A stretch of 64,000 nucleotides of DNA from Flaccisagitta enflata (lineage: Eukaryota). Where the stretch lies: NCBI GenBank assembly GCA_965153355.1, contig OZ231126.1:35526001-35590000 (forward strand), read 5' to 3'. The number at the start of each line of letters is the position of its first letter. The first letter of the stretch is position 1. The notes below the pieces were generated by a model, which saw only the letters and a list, made by a program, of their open reading frames with translations, searched no databases and had not been told where the DNA came from. Both the position numbers and the translations under genes were made by a program. Of this stretch, positions 39,551 to 55,065 are shown piece by piece.

Positions 39551-41070
39551 ACAATCAACTACAATACAGCTATCGTGAAAAATAAAGCCTGTTTTGGTAT
39601 GTCAAGTCAAGAGACTATTTTCTGATTAAAATCTCTGCGTGAAGTATTTCAAGTCTGACATCATCATGCTGGAAATGGTCTGATGAAGGTTGTGTGCCTG
39701 ATAAGATAACAGGCGAATGTGGAAGTGTTCATTTGTATATACAATCTTTGTGTGCACTGACAAACTGCTCTCGTCCATTTTAATTGACTTAAGTAATTCT
39801 GAAGAAATGATTATCCAGTCTGAAGACAAGACAGATTAGAAATTTCGAATATATGTTCATTAATTTAACAATAACTGAAATACTCTACAAATGCAATTTG
39901 GGATAAGTGTTTCAGTGTAGGCTATAGTGAGAGATATTATTTCTCTTGGCTCATTCAACAAAGGCAGTCTGGGCATTCTCTGGAACACAAGGCGAGCAAT
40001 TTTGACCCGGCAGCTCTGGAGATGATTTTGAATCGTGGTCTGTTGATCTGCGGTGGGCTAACAATTACAAGAAGAATGGTCTTCTTTCAATAAAAATGAT
40101 TGCCAGTGGTGGCATCAGGCGGGCGTGGTGTGCTATATCATTTTTGATAAACCACTGCTGCAGAGACTACGCTGAACGCTGCTTTGCGACTGAAGAAGAT
40201 GACTGGGTAACGCTCATCCCTTCGTATTGATGTTGGGTTTCTGTATAGATTTAGAATTAGTCAGGTGACCGCCTTCTGCGACGAACATTTGCGCGTGAGT
40301 CTATAATATTTCTCAGACGTCGGGCTTGGAAATAGCTAAGCGCTGTGACCATGGTCGGACAACCCGCTGCTGATCAAGAGCTATCCAGCAGACTACGTAA
40401 TAACGTAATTCTTTAACATGAACTGGTGCAAACTGGCAAAACTGCCGATGGCATATGTGTTATGGTGGCCGAAATTCGATGCGGGTGAGCACTAGTTGCC
40501 GAAGTAATGAATGATCTGGCTGCTGTTGGCGATATAACAAGCTTTGAAATACTGCTGAATAACAGTAATAATCGCCATTTCAACTGCGTAACATCGCTAA
40601 CTCTTGCTATCGCGCGTCTCTAAAGATCGCCATTTCAGCGATCTCGCATCATCCGAGTTATATCTGCTTTCGTGCGTTTTCGCTACTTTCTATAACCTGG
40701 CTGTATTGTCGGTGGTGATCGTCGTGGCATGATCGTTCGGCAATCACACGTCTGCATTGGCCTACTTAACAACTGTGCTCGGGCATACTGTCAGCGAGCG
40801 ACTAAATCTGTTAAGCTGGGAGCGTAATCGCAGCATTCCATTTCCTTTACTGCGTGCATATCAAATAGTCGGGCTCTTAAGATGCCTGAGCATACCACTA
40901 TGTCGTTCTCTGTCAAAAAGATGGCGTGCTCTCTGCGCCGCTGCGGTGGCGGCAGGAATGTGAAGAAAGGAACATTTATTCACACTAGTGGTAACTCATA
41001 GGTATTCCTGGAGTCAAATTACGTTCAGTATGCTATAACACAACATATATCCTATAACAATATATTATAT

Positions 41071-41780
<710 letters not shown>

Positions 41781-43087
41781 CAACTCTGTTTCTCTTTTTC
41801 TCCGAGAGAAAGAATTATCGATCGGTTTACTACGCCAATGTGAGAGATGAGTTTGAGAAAGGAGGGAATATGATTAATTTTTCTCTTAATTAGAATCTCT
41901 TTCCTCCTTTCGAAAGTGTCTTTCGACGAGGTGATCATACACGAAAAGGAATTAAGAAAAAGAAGGAGAGTGAAAAAGGGAGTTAGAATTTAGAAAAGGT
42001 CAACTTGTTTAGAAATTAGAACGAAGAAGGAAGGCAGAAAGAAAATGATTCGATGAATAAATGAACGAATGAGTAGAAAAAGTAGAATAAAGTAGAATAA
42101 AGTAGAATAAAGGAGACCCAAGCGCGTCTTTTTATGCAGAGAGGCTGTGTCCGTTGGTCGGACGGTAACGAAAAAGTCACAAAATGCGAGGCTTTTTCAA
42201 CAAAAGAGCAGTACCAATCTCTTATTTCATTCAGTCATTCATTCATACACGTTCATTCCCAAACACGTTCGTTTCTTAGGAAACGTTCTAAATCTGCGAG
42301 GCGCGCATATTGGCTGTTACTTGGCCTTGCTCACTCTCTCTCTTACTCATTCCCTCTTAAAAAGACGCTTCATTGAACTCTTGTAATATTTTCAGTTTTC
42401 ACTTATTTTTTTTTCAATTCTCAGCACTGTACCCTCTCTCAGACTCTTAAGCTTTTCTCTCGCAGTTGGGGAGAACTCTCTTTTTCTCTCACTCTCAATG
42501 AAGTGTCCAAAGAAAAAAATCAATTTTTCCTCCGCCGAAATTTACCCATTTTTGTTTCGGTTGAGTTCAATTTTCTCTGGTTTTTATCCCGTTTTCTGTA
42601 TTTAAGGGGCAAATTTGGTCGACGTCGAAAATCTGTGTAAATGCGAAGAAAAAAAACGATGTAAAAATATAAACATGCACTTAATGTGATTAGCTTTTAA
42701 AATATGTCAACATTCAATTACCAACAGTTCAGCAACGCGTCAACAGTAAAAACTTCAGCAACATCATTGAATCACAATCTCTAACCTTCAAAATTGAAAT
42801 GTTGCAACCATTTGGAAATTGGAACTCTTCTTGAACTCGCAATTTTGGCTTCTTCCAAATGTCAAACTTATCTTTCCACATCGTTGATCACATCGAGAAC
42901 AAAAAAAAAAAAAAAAAAACCAATCCGTCTGTTGAAAGAAAATAAGCAATCCATTTTCCATGTTATATAAGTCCACTGAAAACGACGCGAAGCATCAAAT
43001 CGTCCTTTGATACAGAATACTCCCTCCATTTATTATTGTACTTGAAAAAATCATAGTAATTTCTTCCACGTTATTTACTACCTCAGA

Positions 43088-43342
43088 ATGGTCAGCAATT
43101 CTAGCAAGTCCGTCGATTTCCGCCTCCTTTCGTCCTTGACTTTTCGTTTTTCCATCCACACAATCTACACAATCCTATTTTGCTCTATTGTTTTTCTGTC
43201 GATAACGACACTTGCGATATCTGCCGCCGCGTCGTCGAAAGTGGCGCGGATTCCCGGCGACATTCTCATCGGCGGCATGTTTCCCGTTCACAAAGACGCG
43301 CCAGGGAAACCCTGCGCCGTTCTCAGAGAAGATGGCATTCAG
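43088..43342 (+). CDS. First coding exon of a class C GPCR, metabotropic glutamate receptor-like (signal peptide plus start of Venus flytrap domain)
   Basis: ATG at 43088, a hydrophobic signal segment, then VARIPGDILIGGMFPVHKDAPGKPCAVLREDGIQ followed by CAG|GTTTGT. This matches the mGluR N-terminal GD..IGG.FPVH...C......GIQ motif. No further exons were recognised in the window. Confidence 0.85.
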
Positions 43343-43367
43343 GTTTGTGATTTTTATTATTTCTTTT

Positions 43368-43384
43368 GTCTTTCTTTCTCTTTT

Positions 43385-43468
<84 letters not shown>

Positions 43469-43492
43469 TCCTCTTTTCTTTCTTTCTTTTTT

Positions 43493-43572
<80 letters not shown>

Positions 43573-43600
43573 TTTTTCTTTCTTTTTCTTTATTCAACCT
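43368..43600. repeat. (TTTC)n microsatellite
   Basis: Directly visible; similar tracts at about 54106-54440 and 62668-62880. Confidence 0.95.
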
Positions 43601-44015
43601 TTCATTCAATCATTTTCTTTCTTTCATTCAATCTTTTCTTCAATCTTTCCTTCAATTTTTTTTCTCTCTCTCTTTCTCTCTTTCACCTTCTCTATTTCTC
43701 GCATTCTTTCCATTACAGGCCTAAAATCAGCCCTTTCAAACCTAAAATCTAATCACTTGCTCAATTCAGCCTCATAATAACCTCTCAGGTCTCTAAACCT
43801 GCCCTCATCCTGATCTTATCACTGAATAATGAATCAAATCAGCCCTTAAATGTGCCCTTTCAGGACGTCTGGAAATTCACCCCTGATGGGACATCAGCCT
43901 TTGGGGCCTTCCTGCTCTATCCACTTTCTTAGCTGATCTGCTCCAAGCGGGTATTAATTTTACCACGACCATGTACGATCCTTGGATGACTAGTTTACTT
44001 TTCTTGTTTTTCTTT

Positions 44016-44180
44016 CTTTTTAGTCGCGGACACGCGACTCTACACCTTGCCGTGTCGGTCGGTATGTCGGTAGGTCCGTCCGTCGGTCCGTCCGTCACAT
44101 TTTTGAATTCCGAGCGGTATTCGCATTACTGCACCTGCGCAACCGTCCGCGACTGGATTGCCGTGTATCCGGCCTTGTTT
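44016..44180 (+). mobile_element. Complete short HINE/DINE-1-like element
   Basis: 5' TTTTTAGTCGCGGACACGCGAC hairpin, (GTCC/GTCG)n core, subterminal CGCGACT and 3' stem-loop GCCGTGTATCCGGC followed by CTTGTT. This is the Helentron non-autonomous layout. Confidence 0.7.
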
Positions 44181-46359
44181 TCCTCCTAAAAAGTCCTATT
44201 TCCTTTCTTTTTTGTTAAATTCAGTTCTTCTCTTTTCTTACATTCCGCGAAAAATTCCCCATACAATCCAATGGGAGGCTTGTGACGTTTTTCGGAAAAC
44301 GTCACAGGGCTGTGACGTTGTGTCACAATAGTAAATGACTCAATATATCCAGCCTTTCTAGCTTGTTCATCCATCTTTTTTTTCCCCATGGAAAGTTGCA
44401 TTTGTCTCATTCTTGGGGTTTGGATAAGTATTCCACCTTCTTGCCTGCTAAGAATGTTCTGTGCGACTCAGCTTTATGAAAAGAATAAATCAAGTGGCAT
44501 TATAACAGAAAAACAATGTCACAATATGCAACAGGAAGGAAACCACAGAATGTCTGTTAGTCTGTCCAACCGTGCGTCAGATTGTTGGTCCATAGGTAGG
44601 TCAGTTGCAATCAAGTTGAAAAGAGGTAAACATGCATTTTGTGACATATGTGTTTACTAATTGTCATACTACAGACGAAAGTGAAATACAAGAAGTTAAC
44701 CCCCCAAAAACTGTAGCACCCCCCCCTACAGCCTCAACCACAAATTGAAGAAAGACATATAAGGTAAGGAATGGAAAGTCATATCAATACAGTTAGCCTC
44801 ATCATAGCGATTTTGGAATTTCATTCCCAGTAAAGATGTAAAAAAACTAGTAAATTGCATTTTAGTATTTAAAAGTGTTAATTTGTGTAGTTTTAAGCTA
44901 TAATTTTTATTGGAGAAAATAAATGTCACATAAAGCAAGAGGAAGGGAGCCACATAATATGTCTGTTAGTCTATCTAACAGTGCATTGGGTTGTTGGTCC
45001 ATAGATTGGTCAGTTGTGATCAAGTTGAAAAGAGTTAAACATGCATTGTGTGACAGGTGTATTTACCGATTGTCATACCAATAAGCAAGATATCTCATTA
45101 TTGGTATTAACTTTTGTCACAATGAAAAACATAAGTGTATAATGTGTGAAAACTAATGTCACAAAAGCTGACAACAGATGTCACAGTAGGTAAGATGAAG
45201 TAATCGATAACTTGTCTGCCTGTATGTCAGTCTGCTTATCAGTGCATTGGTTCATTGATGTGAGGTGATCAAGCTGATACGAGTTAAACATCCATATTGT
45301 GCCCTTTGTCTTTATTGATTTCCACACTTCTAAACAAGAATTTTCATGATCTTTAAAAATCATTGTCACAATTAAAGATAGATACCACAATGAGTAGAAA
45401 CCAATGCCACAAAGGGTGAAAATAGATGTCACAATAGCTGAGATGAAGGGAGCAATAACTTGTTTGCCTGTATGTCAGTCTGTCATATAAACTATTGTCA
45501 CAATGAAAAACATTAATGTCACAAAAGGTAAAAACATATTTCACAAAGGGTAACAACAAATGTCACAATATATAAAATGAAGTAATTGATAACATGTCAT
45601 TCTGTTTTACAGTGCATTGGTTCCTTGATCTGGGGTGAATTATCTGAATAAAGTCACACATCAATTTTGTGACATTTTTCTTTATTGATTCCCCCCATAA
45701 GAAATTTTGCAATTTGTAAAAACTATTGTCACAATTAAAAATGATTACCACAATGTTCAGAAACCAATCTCACAAAGGGTGTAAACATATGTCACAATAT
45801 GTAAGAAGAAAGAAGCCATGAGTTGTCTGCCTTTATATCAGTCTGTCAATCAAAGCATTAGTTCCTTGGTCCATTGGTTGGTACTGGATGGTCAAAAAAG
45901 AAGTAACCAGGGTTATTTTTGTTGACCACCCATTATGTGATTTTTTTGAAAAGAGGTAAGTATTCATTTTGTGACATTTGTTTTACCTGATTCTCACACT
46001 AATAAACAAGAAATTTCACTACTTGCAAAAACTATTGTCATAATGAAAAAATAAAGGCAAAAATATGTAGAAACCAATGTCACAAAGGGTGAAAACAGAT
46101 GTCATATTAGGTGAGATGAAAGGAGCCATAACTTATCTGCATAACTTATCTGTCAGTCTATATGTTGGTAAATTGGTTCTTTGGTCCATTGGCTGGGAAA
46201 GGGTGGTCAAAAAAGAAATAACCATGGTTACTTATTTTGACCACCCATTATGTGACCAAGCTTAAATAAGTTTAACATTTATTTTGTGACATTTCATTTT
46301 ATTGATTGTCATACTAATAAACAAAAAAATCATTCTTTATAACAATCATTGCCACAATG

Positions 46360-46570
46360 AACAAGGCCGGATACACGGCTACCCCAGTCGCGTGCGGGTG
46401 GGCAGGGGCCATAATTGAGGTCAGTTCATCATTTGGGCAGGAGCAGTGAGGCTAAAAATCGCAAAAACCCAAAAAAAGTAAAGTGTGACGGACGGACGGA
46501 CGGACGGACGGACTGATGGATGGACGGACCGACAAAGCGGGTTGTAGAGTCGCGTAGCACGCGACTAAAA
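46360..46570 (-). mobile_element. Complete short HINE/DINE-1-like element
   Basis: AACAAGGCCGGATACACGGCTACCCCAGTCGCG...(GACG)n...GAGTCGCGTAGCACGCGACTAAAAA. Further copies occur at about 56896-57063 and 61650-61940. Confidence 0.7.
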
Positions 46571-46859
46571 AGAAATGCTACAATATGCAAATGCCAATGT
46601 CTCAAAAGGTAACAACAGATGTCACAACCGGTTACATTAAGAGAGACATAACTTGTTTGCCTGTATATCAGTCTGTGATATAATTTTTTTTTAACAATGA
46701 AAATCATAAATGTCATAATATGTGAAAAACTATTGTCACAAAAAGTGAAAACAGTCACAGTCGGTAAGTTCATTGGCTCCCTGGGCCATTGGTTGGAAAA
46801 GAGTGGTCAAAAAAGAAGTGACTCAGGTTATTTTTTTTTTGACCACCCATTATGAAGGT

Positions 46860-48594
46860 AGCCACCTTCTTCGGTGTTGAGGATGGATCAAGCAGACATT
46901 TAGCAGACACCTACTACTAAATTGGGGATGGATCCAGCAGACACCCAGCAGACACCAAATACGCATGTGTGAGCTGGATCTAGCTGACAGTCATCTGATG
47001 GCTACTACTAATTTGGGGATGGGTCAGCAGACACCCAGCAGAACCTACTACTAATTTAGAGTGGTCAACAGACACCTTGACACCAAATAATTAACGTTGT
47101 ACTGACTATAAATGTCATCAGGCATAACTTCTACTAATGTGGAGATTGGACCAGCAGACACCCAGCAGACACCTACTACTATGTTTGAGATGGATCCAGC
47201 AGACACCCATCAGACACCTAGTACATGGCGCTGTACAAACTCTATAAATATCTGCAGGCACCTTCTATAATGTAGAAGTTGTACCAGCAGACACCCAGCA
47301 ACCCAGACACCTACTACTCACAGTTGGGGATGGATCCAGCAGACACCCAGCTGACTTTCACCACTGGTTGAGGATGGATCCTTAGACACCAGCAGACACC
47401 TACTACTCAGTTGGGGATAAGATCAGCAGACACCCAGCAGACACCAAATACTAACGGTGTGCATTTATAGAATATGCTGCTGAGCACCTTCTACTAAGTT
47501 GAGGATGGACTCAGCAGACACCCTAACAGACCACCTCCACTACTAATTTGGGGATAGGTCCAGCAGACACCCAACAGACACCAAATAATTTACGTTGTAC
47601 TGACTGTGAATGTCCATCAGGCACCTTCTACTAATGAGATTGGACATGAACTTAGCAGACACCTACTACTATGTTGAGGATGGATGCAGCAGACACCCAT
47701 CAGACACCTAGTACTTAGCGATGTTCTGACTATAAATGTCTGGCAGGCACCTTCTACTAATGTGGGATTGGTCCAGCAGGCACCCAGCAGACACCTACTA
47801 ATAAGTTAAGGATGGATCCAGCAGACACCCAGCAGACCTCTACTGGTTAGGAGAAATGGATCCAGCAGACTGTAGACACCAATACTTAACGTTGTACTGA
47901 CTATGAATGTCTAGCAGGCACCTTCTACTAAGTTGGGGAAGGACTCAGCAGACACTTAGCAGGCACTTACTGCTAGGTTAGGGATGAGTCCAGCACAGAC
48001 ACCCAGCAGACACCAAATAATTAACGTTATCCTGGCTATGAATATCTAGCAGGCAGCTGCTACTAAGGTGGGGATTGGGTCAGCAGACTCCCGCCAGACA
48101 CCTACTACTAAGTTTTGGATACATCCAACAGACACCCATCAGACACCAAAAACTTGACGTTGTACTGACCTATGAATGTCTAGCAGGCACCTTCTACTAA
48201 TGTGAGGACATGAACAGCTGTGGTTACTACTACTAAGATTAAGACCAGATCAGTGACACCAGCAAACTTTCACTACTAAGTTGGGGATGGATCCTTGAAC
48301 ACCCAGCAGACACCAAATACTTAACGTTGTACTGACTATGAATATCTAGCAGGCACCTTCTACTAATTTAGGGATGGGTCTGGTGCCAACAGACACCTAC
48401 TAATTTGGGGATGGGTCCAGCAGACTTTGTGAACACACAAATATTAACGTTGTACTGACTGGAGAAATGTCATCGAGCGCCTTCTACTAATGTAGGATTG
48501 GACCAGCAGACACCTTGAACCACCTACTATGTTGGAGATGGATCCAGCAGACACCCATCAGACAGCTACTAAGTACATAGCGCTGTACTGACTC

Positions 48595-48595
<1 letters not shown>
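46860..48595. repeat. Degenerate tandem array built on CAGCAGACACCCAGCAGACACCTACTACTAA..GGGATGGATC
   Basis: Recurrent subunits of about 45-55 bp with many indels (possibly unpolished sequence). Confidence 0.85.
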
Positions 48596-48650
<55 letters not shown>

Positions 48651-48689
48651 CTATTCACTGTATCAGAATGTCTCAATCAGTGACAATCA

Positions 48690-49360
48690 GATGCACATAT
48701 TTGGGGATGGTAGTAGTTGTAGTTCACAAGTTCAAAGAGTGAGAGTGAGAGAGAAAGAGAAAAAGAGAGAGACAGACCATTCAGTCATTCAGTAAGACTC
48801 AATTTGAGACAATCAGAATTACATATTTGGACATGGCTGTGGTAGCAGTTCATATGTTCTTTAGTTAGGGCCATAGTAATCAAGGTGAACAGGTGGCATT
48901 TGTTTTTACCTATTGTGACATTTGTGTTTACTAATTATGAAATTTGCCTTAATCCTTTGTGGTGCTCCTCTTTACCTACTGTGACATTTGATTATGATTT
49001 ATTGAATGACACTGACTCACGATTTTTTAACCATCTTCAAAGGGACATGTTCAGTCAATCAGAATCTAAGTAGAGTAGGTACATCTTGATGACACAGATT
49101 GAGTCATAATGAATGACTAAATGGTACACAGTAAGGGAGAGACCAGTGACAAGAGGGGCTAGCGGGGTCAGAATACATGTTAAGCATGTTTTCTTTATCT
49201 GCTCAGAAGGTTGCTCATTTTCTTCAAAACCCTCTTTATATATACATATGCATATATAAAGGGCTTTTTGGGGAAAATGAAGGGGTAGATTCAGCAAAGA
49301 GCAAAAAAGACTCAACACTAATTCTTACCCCGCTAGCCCCTCATGTCACTGGTGTCCTCC

Positions 49361-49440
<80 letters not shown>

Positions 49441-50115
49441 AATACACATATTTGGGGACTGGTAGTAGTTGTAGTTCACAAGTTCAAAGAGTGAGAGTGA
49501 GAGAGAAAAAGAAAAAGAGAGAGACAGACCATTCAGTCATTCAGTAAGACTCAATTTGTGACAATCAGAATTACATATTTGGACATGACTGTGGTAGCAG
49601 TTCATATGTTCTTTAGTTAGGGCCATAGTAATCAAGGTGAACATGTGGCATTTGTTTTTACCTATTGTGACATTTGTGTTTACTAATTATGAAATTTGCC
49701 TTAATCCTTTGTGGTGCTCCTCTTTACCTACTGTGACATTTTATTATGATTTATTGAATGACACTGACTCAAGATTTTTTAACCATCTTCAAAGGGACAT
49801 GTTCAGTCAATCAGAATCTAAGTTGAGTAGGTACATCTTGATGACACAGATTGAGTCATAATGAATGACTAAATGGTACACAGTAAGGGAGAGACCAGTG
49901 ACAAGAGGGGCTAGCGGGGTCAGAATACATGTTAAGCATGTTTTCTTTATCTGCTCAGAAGGTTGCTCATTTTCTTCAAAACCCTCTTTATATATACACA
50001 TAAGCATATATAAAGGGCTTTTGGGGAAATTGAAGGGGTAGATTCACCCAACAGCAAAACGGACTCAATAACAATTCCCACCCCGCTAGCCCCTCTTGTC
50101 ACTGGTCTCTCCCTG
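48690..50115. repeat. Tandem duplication of about 750 bp, each copy containing a MITE of about 230 bp
   Basis: 48693-49365 is nearly identical to 49445-50115 (duplicate ORFs at 48885 and 49637). Inner TIRs are AGGGAGAGACCAGTGACAAGAGGGGCTAGCGGGG / CCCCGCTAGCCCCTCTTGTCACTGGTCTCTCCCT. Confidence 0.88.
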
Positions 50116-51115
50116 AGAGAGAGAGAGAGAGTCCCAATTCAGTCAATCAGAATGTCTCAATCAGAGACAATCAGATCATCTGGTTCAGATGCACATATTT
50201 AGCGATGGCGGTAGTTGTAGTTTAAAAACCCAGCCCACTCACACGGGACTTAGGTATCCGTGTACTCAGCCTTGTTAGCCTTTGTGACGTTTGTTTCCAC
50301 TCATGATGACATCTATCCTTATTTACTCCGGCGTTTGTCTGCACTTAATGTGACATTTGTTTTTTCTTCATGACTTCTGTCTTCACCAAGAATGTTTTGT
50401 GACGTTTGTTTCTACTTATTGCTTATGATAACATGGCTTTGTGTGGTGTGACACTTAATTCTAAGGATATGAACATTGAGCTGAGACACGCAGAACATTC
50501 TTGACAAGGAGAATGATAGAATCAGAATGTAGCCCCCAAGGCGGAGAGGCAAAAACAATCGTCACTATAGTCCTTTTGTGACGTCTGGTTCTTAACACTT
50601 AGCAGTTTCAACCTCCCGGCGCTCTCAATATCACCCGAAGAATGTATACGTGTTTCTCTCGAATATGTCAAAAAGTCGAAGACGGACTTTGACTTTTTTC
50701 CCGATAAAGCGCCCCCCCTCCAAAAAGCACCCCCCATTTTTTTTCTTAGTGTCAACCTCTTCAGAAAAGAGTTGCATAGAAATACAAAGTAAAATGATGT
50801 AAAAACACAACACAATGAGCTATTTTCACTGACTTTCTAACAGATATATGCAATGAATATGTCTATTTAGAGTCAAATTTAGCATTTTGATTGCCTTTTA
50901 TGAAAAAAATAGATTGAATAACAGATTATCTTAAAACAAAGGGGGCGCTATTTGGAGGGTTAAAAAGCAAAGTCAAATTTCAATTTCATAGATTTCATAG
51001 ATTTGTGTCGCAAGAAAACTTAGTAAACCAGACCAACAGTTTTCTGTCGGGCCCGCTAAAATTGTTGGGAGCAAGCGCGACTGGCCTGCTCAAGAAAGAT
51101 CGAGGGCTGTACATA

Positions 51116-51633
51116 CCGGGTGGACATAAAAAAGGTAGCTCTGAATCTGAATAAAAGAAAAACTGTTTTTAACTATTTATTGTGTGAGTATTTGAAATGA
51201 TGAATCTCTGAATTTGTATATATGACTGAAATATACAAATTCAAATTATATATAACTCAAAATAATTTTTTTCTGAGCATTATTGCTTGTTTACAACTAA
51301 TAGTGTTTTGGATTTGCATTTTGTTTTGTACTTAAAAAGTCTTGGTTTTTGTAGTTTTTTAAGACCCACTTTTATTCAACTATTTTCCTTCAAAAGTAAT
51401 TTTTTGCTAAAATCATTGATTCTTAGTCAAATTTAAGCAAAGTTTTTTAAGTGGTCCCTAATTCAATTCAGTTTTTTAAGGATTAGATGAAAAATATAGA
51501 TCCTCATAAAAATTGTTCATTATAGAACATGTACGCCACGATCATATCTAGCTAAAAAAAACTTTTACTTAAGAGAAATTTTAAAAGTTTTATAAAAAAA
51601 AAGAATAAAAGCTACCTTTTTAAAGACCACCTA
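51116..51633. mobile_element. MITE with imperfect TIRs
   Basis: GGGTGGACATAAAAAAGGTAGCT ... AGCTACCTTTTTAAAGACCACC. Confidence 0.55.
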
Positions 51634-53956
51634 TTACATATCAAAATGTTTGTATATTTAAAAAGACATTACAAAAATAGATTCATTTCTACTCTTCCTT
51701 CAAGCTATACTAGATTTAATTTGCAAACCCCTGAGATAGTCAGTAAAATGTGAAAAAAGTCAGGTACATCCATCTGCCCCACAACTCAAGCTTTTCTTAT
51801 CATTCAATGAATGATCTTTTGTTTGTCAGAATATGACAGTTGCATACAAACATACACACTTTACTAAGACCTAATAACTATAGACTAATGAGGAGGTTCA
51901 TTCTTTGTCCATTTGATCCGAGATGAAGTAAGCGGATAGTTCACAAACCACTTCAGAGTGTTTACCTTCCAGAAACCATGAAAAAATTGCTCACGTAAAA
52001 GTCAAAATGATCAAGCCTCTTAATTGCAATTTTCATGAAAATTGGTCTGTTGATGGACTGACTTGTGTTTTCTAAGAAGGTTACCTCAATTTTGCACAAT
52101 CCCAACCTCAGTGTGCATTTTTTTGAAGTGCTCAATGATAATATGCTCAATGACTCCCATTACAAAAGCACCGTTTTTAGAGTCTTCACTCTTCAAGTGT
52201 GAAAAAGTCCCTAGGCTCTTTTGATAATTGTTCCTAAGAATGAGAGGAACCTTTCCTGAACTTACAAAATGATTCTGGAGTGTATAAAAATTCTTAAGTC
52301 AAATCACATCGTAAATTCACTTTTTGACACCAAGTGTGACTTAGTGTAACGGCGTCCCCTTACACCCTCCCAGGCTTTGTTTACATGTCCCTTTTGTTTG
52401 ACAAGGTAATACATCAAGTTAGTAGGACCCCTGTAGGTTGTTTTTACTTTTTTGATGCCCGTTTGAAGAACAGATGACTATTGGTGGCTGTGTCTCTGCT
52501 AGAGCCAAGCAAGCCCGATAGGGCAACAATGTGTCCTCCTCGAAGCTCTAAGCAGAGAGAATTTTGGGATTACGACTGAACTTAAAGATAGACCTTTGAT
52601 ATGTGTTATGAGCTACTATTGTGGCAAAAAGCAATCTCAACAGTTCCTCTCGGAAAAGCTATGTGATCAATGCTTTGATGAGATTTGCATATTGCAGTGT
52701 TTATCCTAGACATATGTCATCAAGCTTTCAAGGACTTTTTATACACAAAACGCTAAAAATATTAAGATGCAAAAGTCAACGAGACAATATTGAAAACATT
52801 TTTATGATATGGAGAGATAGTCGTAGTCTGTGGGCTGAGGGCAGGGCTTTTACATGGACAGAGCCTTTATCCACAGTTTTATCCGCAGTTTTAAGTGCTC
52901 CATAGTGTTATCCGCAGGTTTATCCGCAGGTTTATCCACAGATTCATCAGCAGGTTTATTCTAGCAGGTTTATTCTAGGTCTAACTGCTGATTTACCCGC
53001 TGGCGATGAAGAGCAGGAGGTGACGTGGCGGCGATATTGATGGCGTTGGCGCTGGCGCTGGCAATGTAGAGCAGGAAAAAGAGAGGCGATAGCGATGGCG
53101 ATGGCGATAGCAATGAATTGTTTACACTTCCCGTCGTCTTCGCCGTTGCTGTCGCTGTCGCCATTACCATCATCATCCTCAATCTTGTCATCATGGCTGA
53201 TATTGTTCTCAAATTTAATGACGATGACGACAGCGGCGGCGAAGACGACAACGACGACAATGACGACAACGGCGGCGGCAGCAAAGACCACAACGACGAC
53301 GATGACGACAATGACGACAATGACAACAAGGATTACGACAACAACAACGATGATGATGGAAAAAAGAAAATGAAAAAAAGAGAACAAAGACAACAGGGGA
53401 AATAAACAAAAAAGAGCTAAAAAAAAAACAAAAAACAAACAAAAACTTCAATGTTATTGCCTTCATTGTCACCGTCACCAGCGCCAGCGCCATCGCCATC
53501 ATCATCTTCATGGGAAAAACTGCGGATAGACCCTCATAGCCCTCAGACTACTCATGGGAGGATATGGATAGGTGGATACATATAGAGAGCAGAAGCATAA
53601 CTTACCCCCACAAGTCCAAGAAATAGAATGGAATTAGGTGATTTGCGCCATAAAAATAGATCTGTTTGAAAGATGTATTCTTAGTAGAAAATCTTAGCCC
53701 CTTAAACATTTAGGTTCTATCATCTATTGACTATGTAATTCAAGTCTCCGTCTTGCATTGTCATGGCTGACGGCCCTGAATTTTGCATTTTATGTATGAG
53801 GGTATTTTTACTCCATTTTCCTAGATCTCATAAAATTGCACTTTTGAGTTCATTTAGTACTCTGAGGTTTATACCTTGTCCTTTATATGAATGCCCTGCC
53901 CTGGAACTAAACCAAGAGGATAAATTGGGTCTATCTACAATAATATTTGGTAAGAG

Positions 53957-54891
<935 letters not shown>

Positions 54892-55065
54892 GGTAAAAGA
54901 CAAATGATTTGGGGCCTAAAATGATACTATTTCCAGATATCGTATAAATGATGGGACTGTGAACTGTCTACAGTTTTGGAGTGCAATACAAAAGGATGAA
55001 TTTGAAAAAAAATTGAATTCTGGAGGTGGGAGGGATTGGGGCAAGATCAACACATTGTCACAATG

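Larger units (their letters stand above)
44241..50644. mobile_element. Putative 6.4-kb non-autonomous DNA element with imperfect inverted ends and oppositely oriented TGTCAC subterminal motifs
   Basis: TA|CATTC ... GAATG|TA ends. AAGAATGTTCTGTGCGACTCAGCT (about 44450-44473) is inverted relative to AGCTGAGACACGCAGAACATTCTT (about 50479-50502). TGTCACAA motifs dominate 44500-46770 and TTGTGAC motifs dominate 48900-50585. Confidence 0.5.

Noticed and set aside
39950-40965. Bacterial-looking GC-richer stretch as horizontal transfer or contamination
   Set aside because: No ORF above about 70 aa and no recognisable protein; it lies at the end of the low-quality tract, so base-caller noise is more likely. 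A BLASTN/BLASTX hit would overturn this.
43343-43777. Phe/Leu/Ser-rich continuation of the 229-aa ORF as transmembrane segments
   Set aside because: Read-through past the splice donor into a (TTTC)n intronic microsatellite.
52860-53530. GAC/GGC-rich ORFs (52956-53511)
   Set aside because: Low-complexity trinucleotide sequence bracketed by CCGCAG repeats and open in several frames; probably the interior of a repeat.
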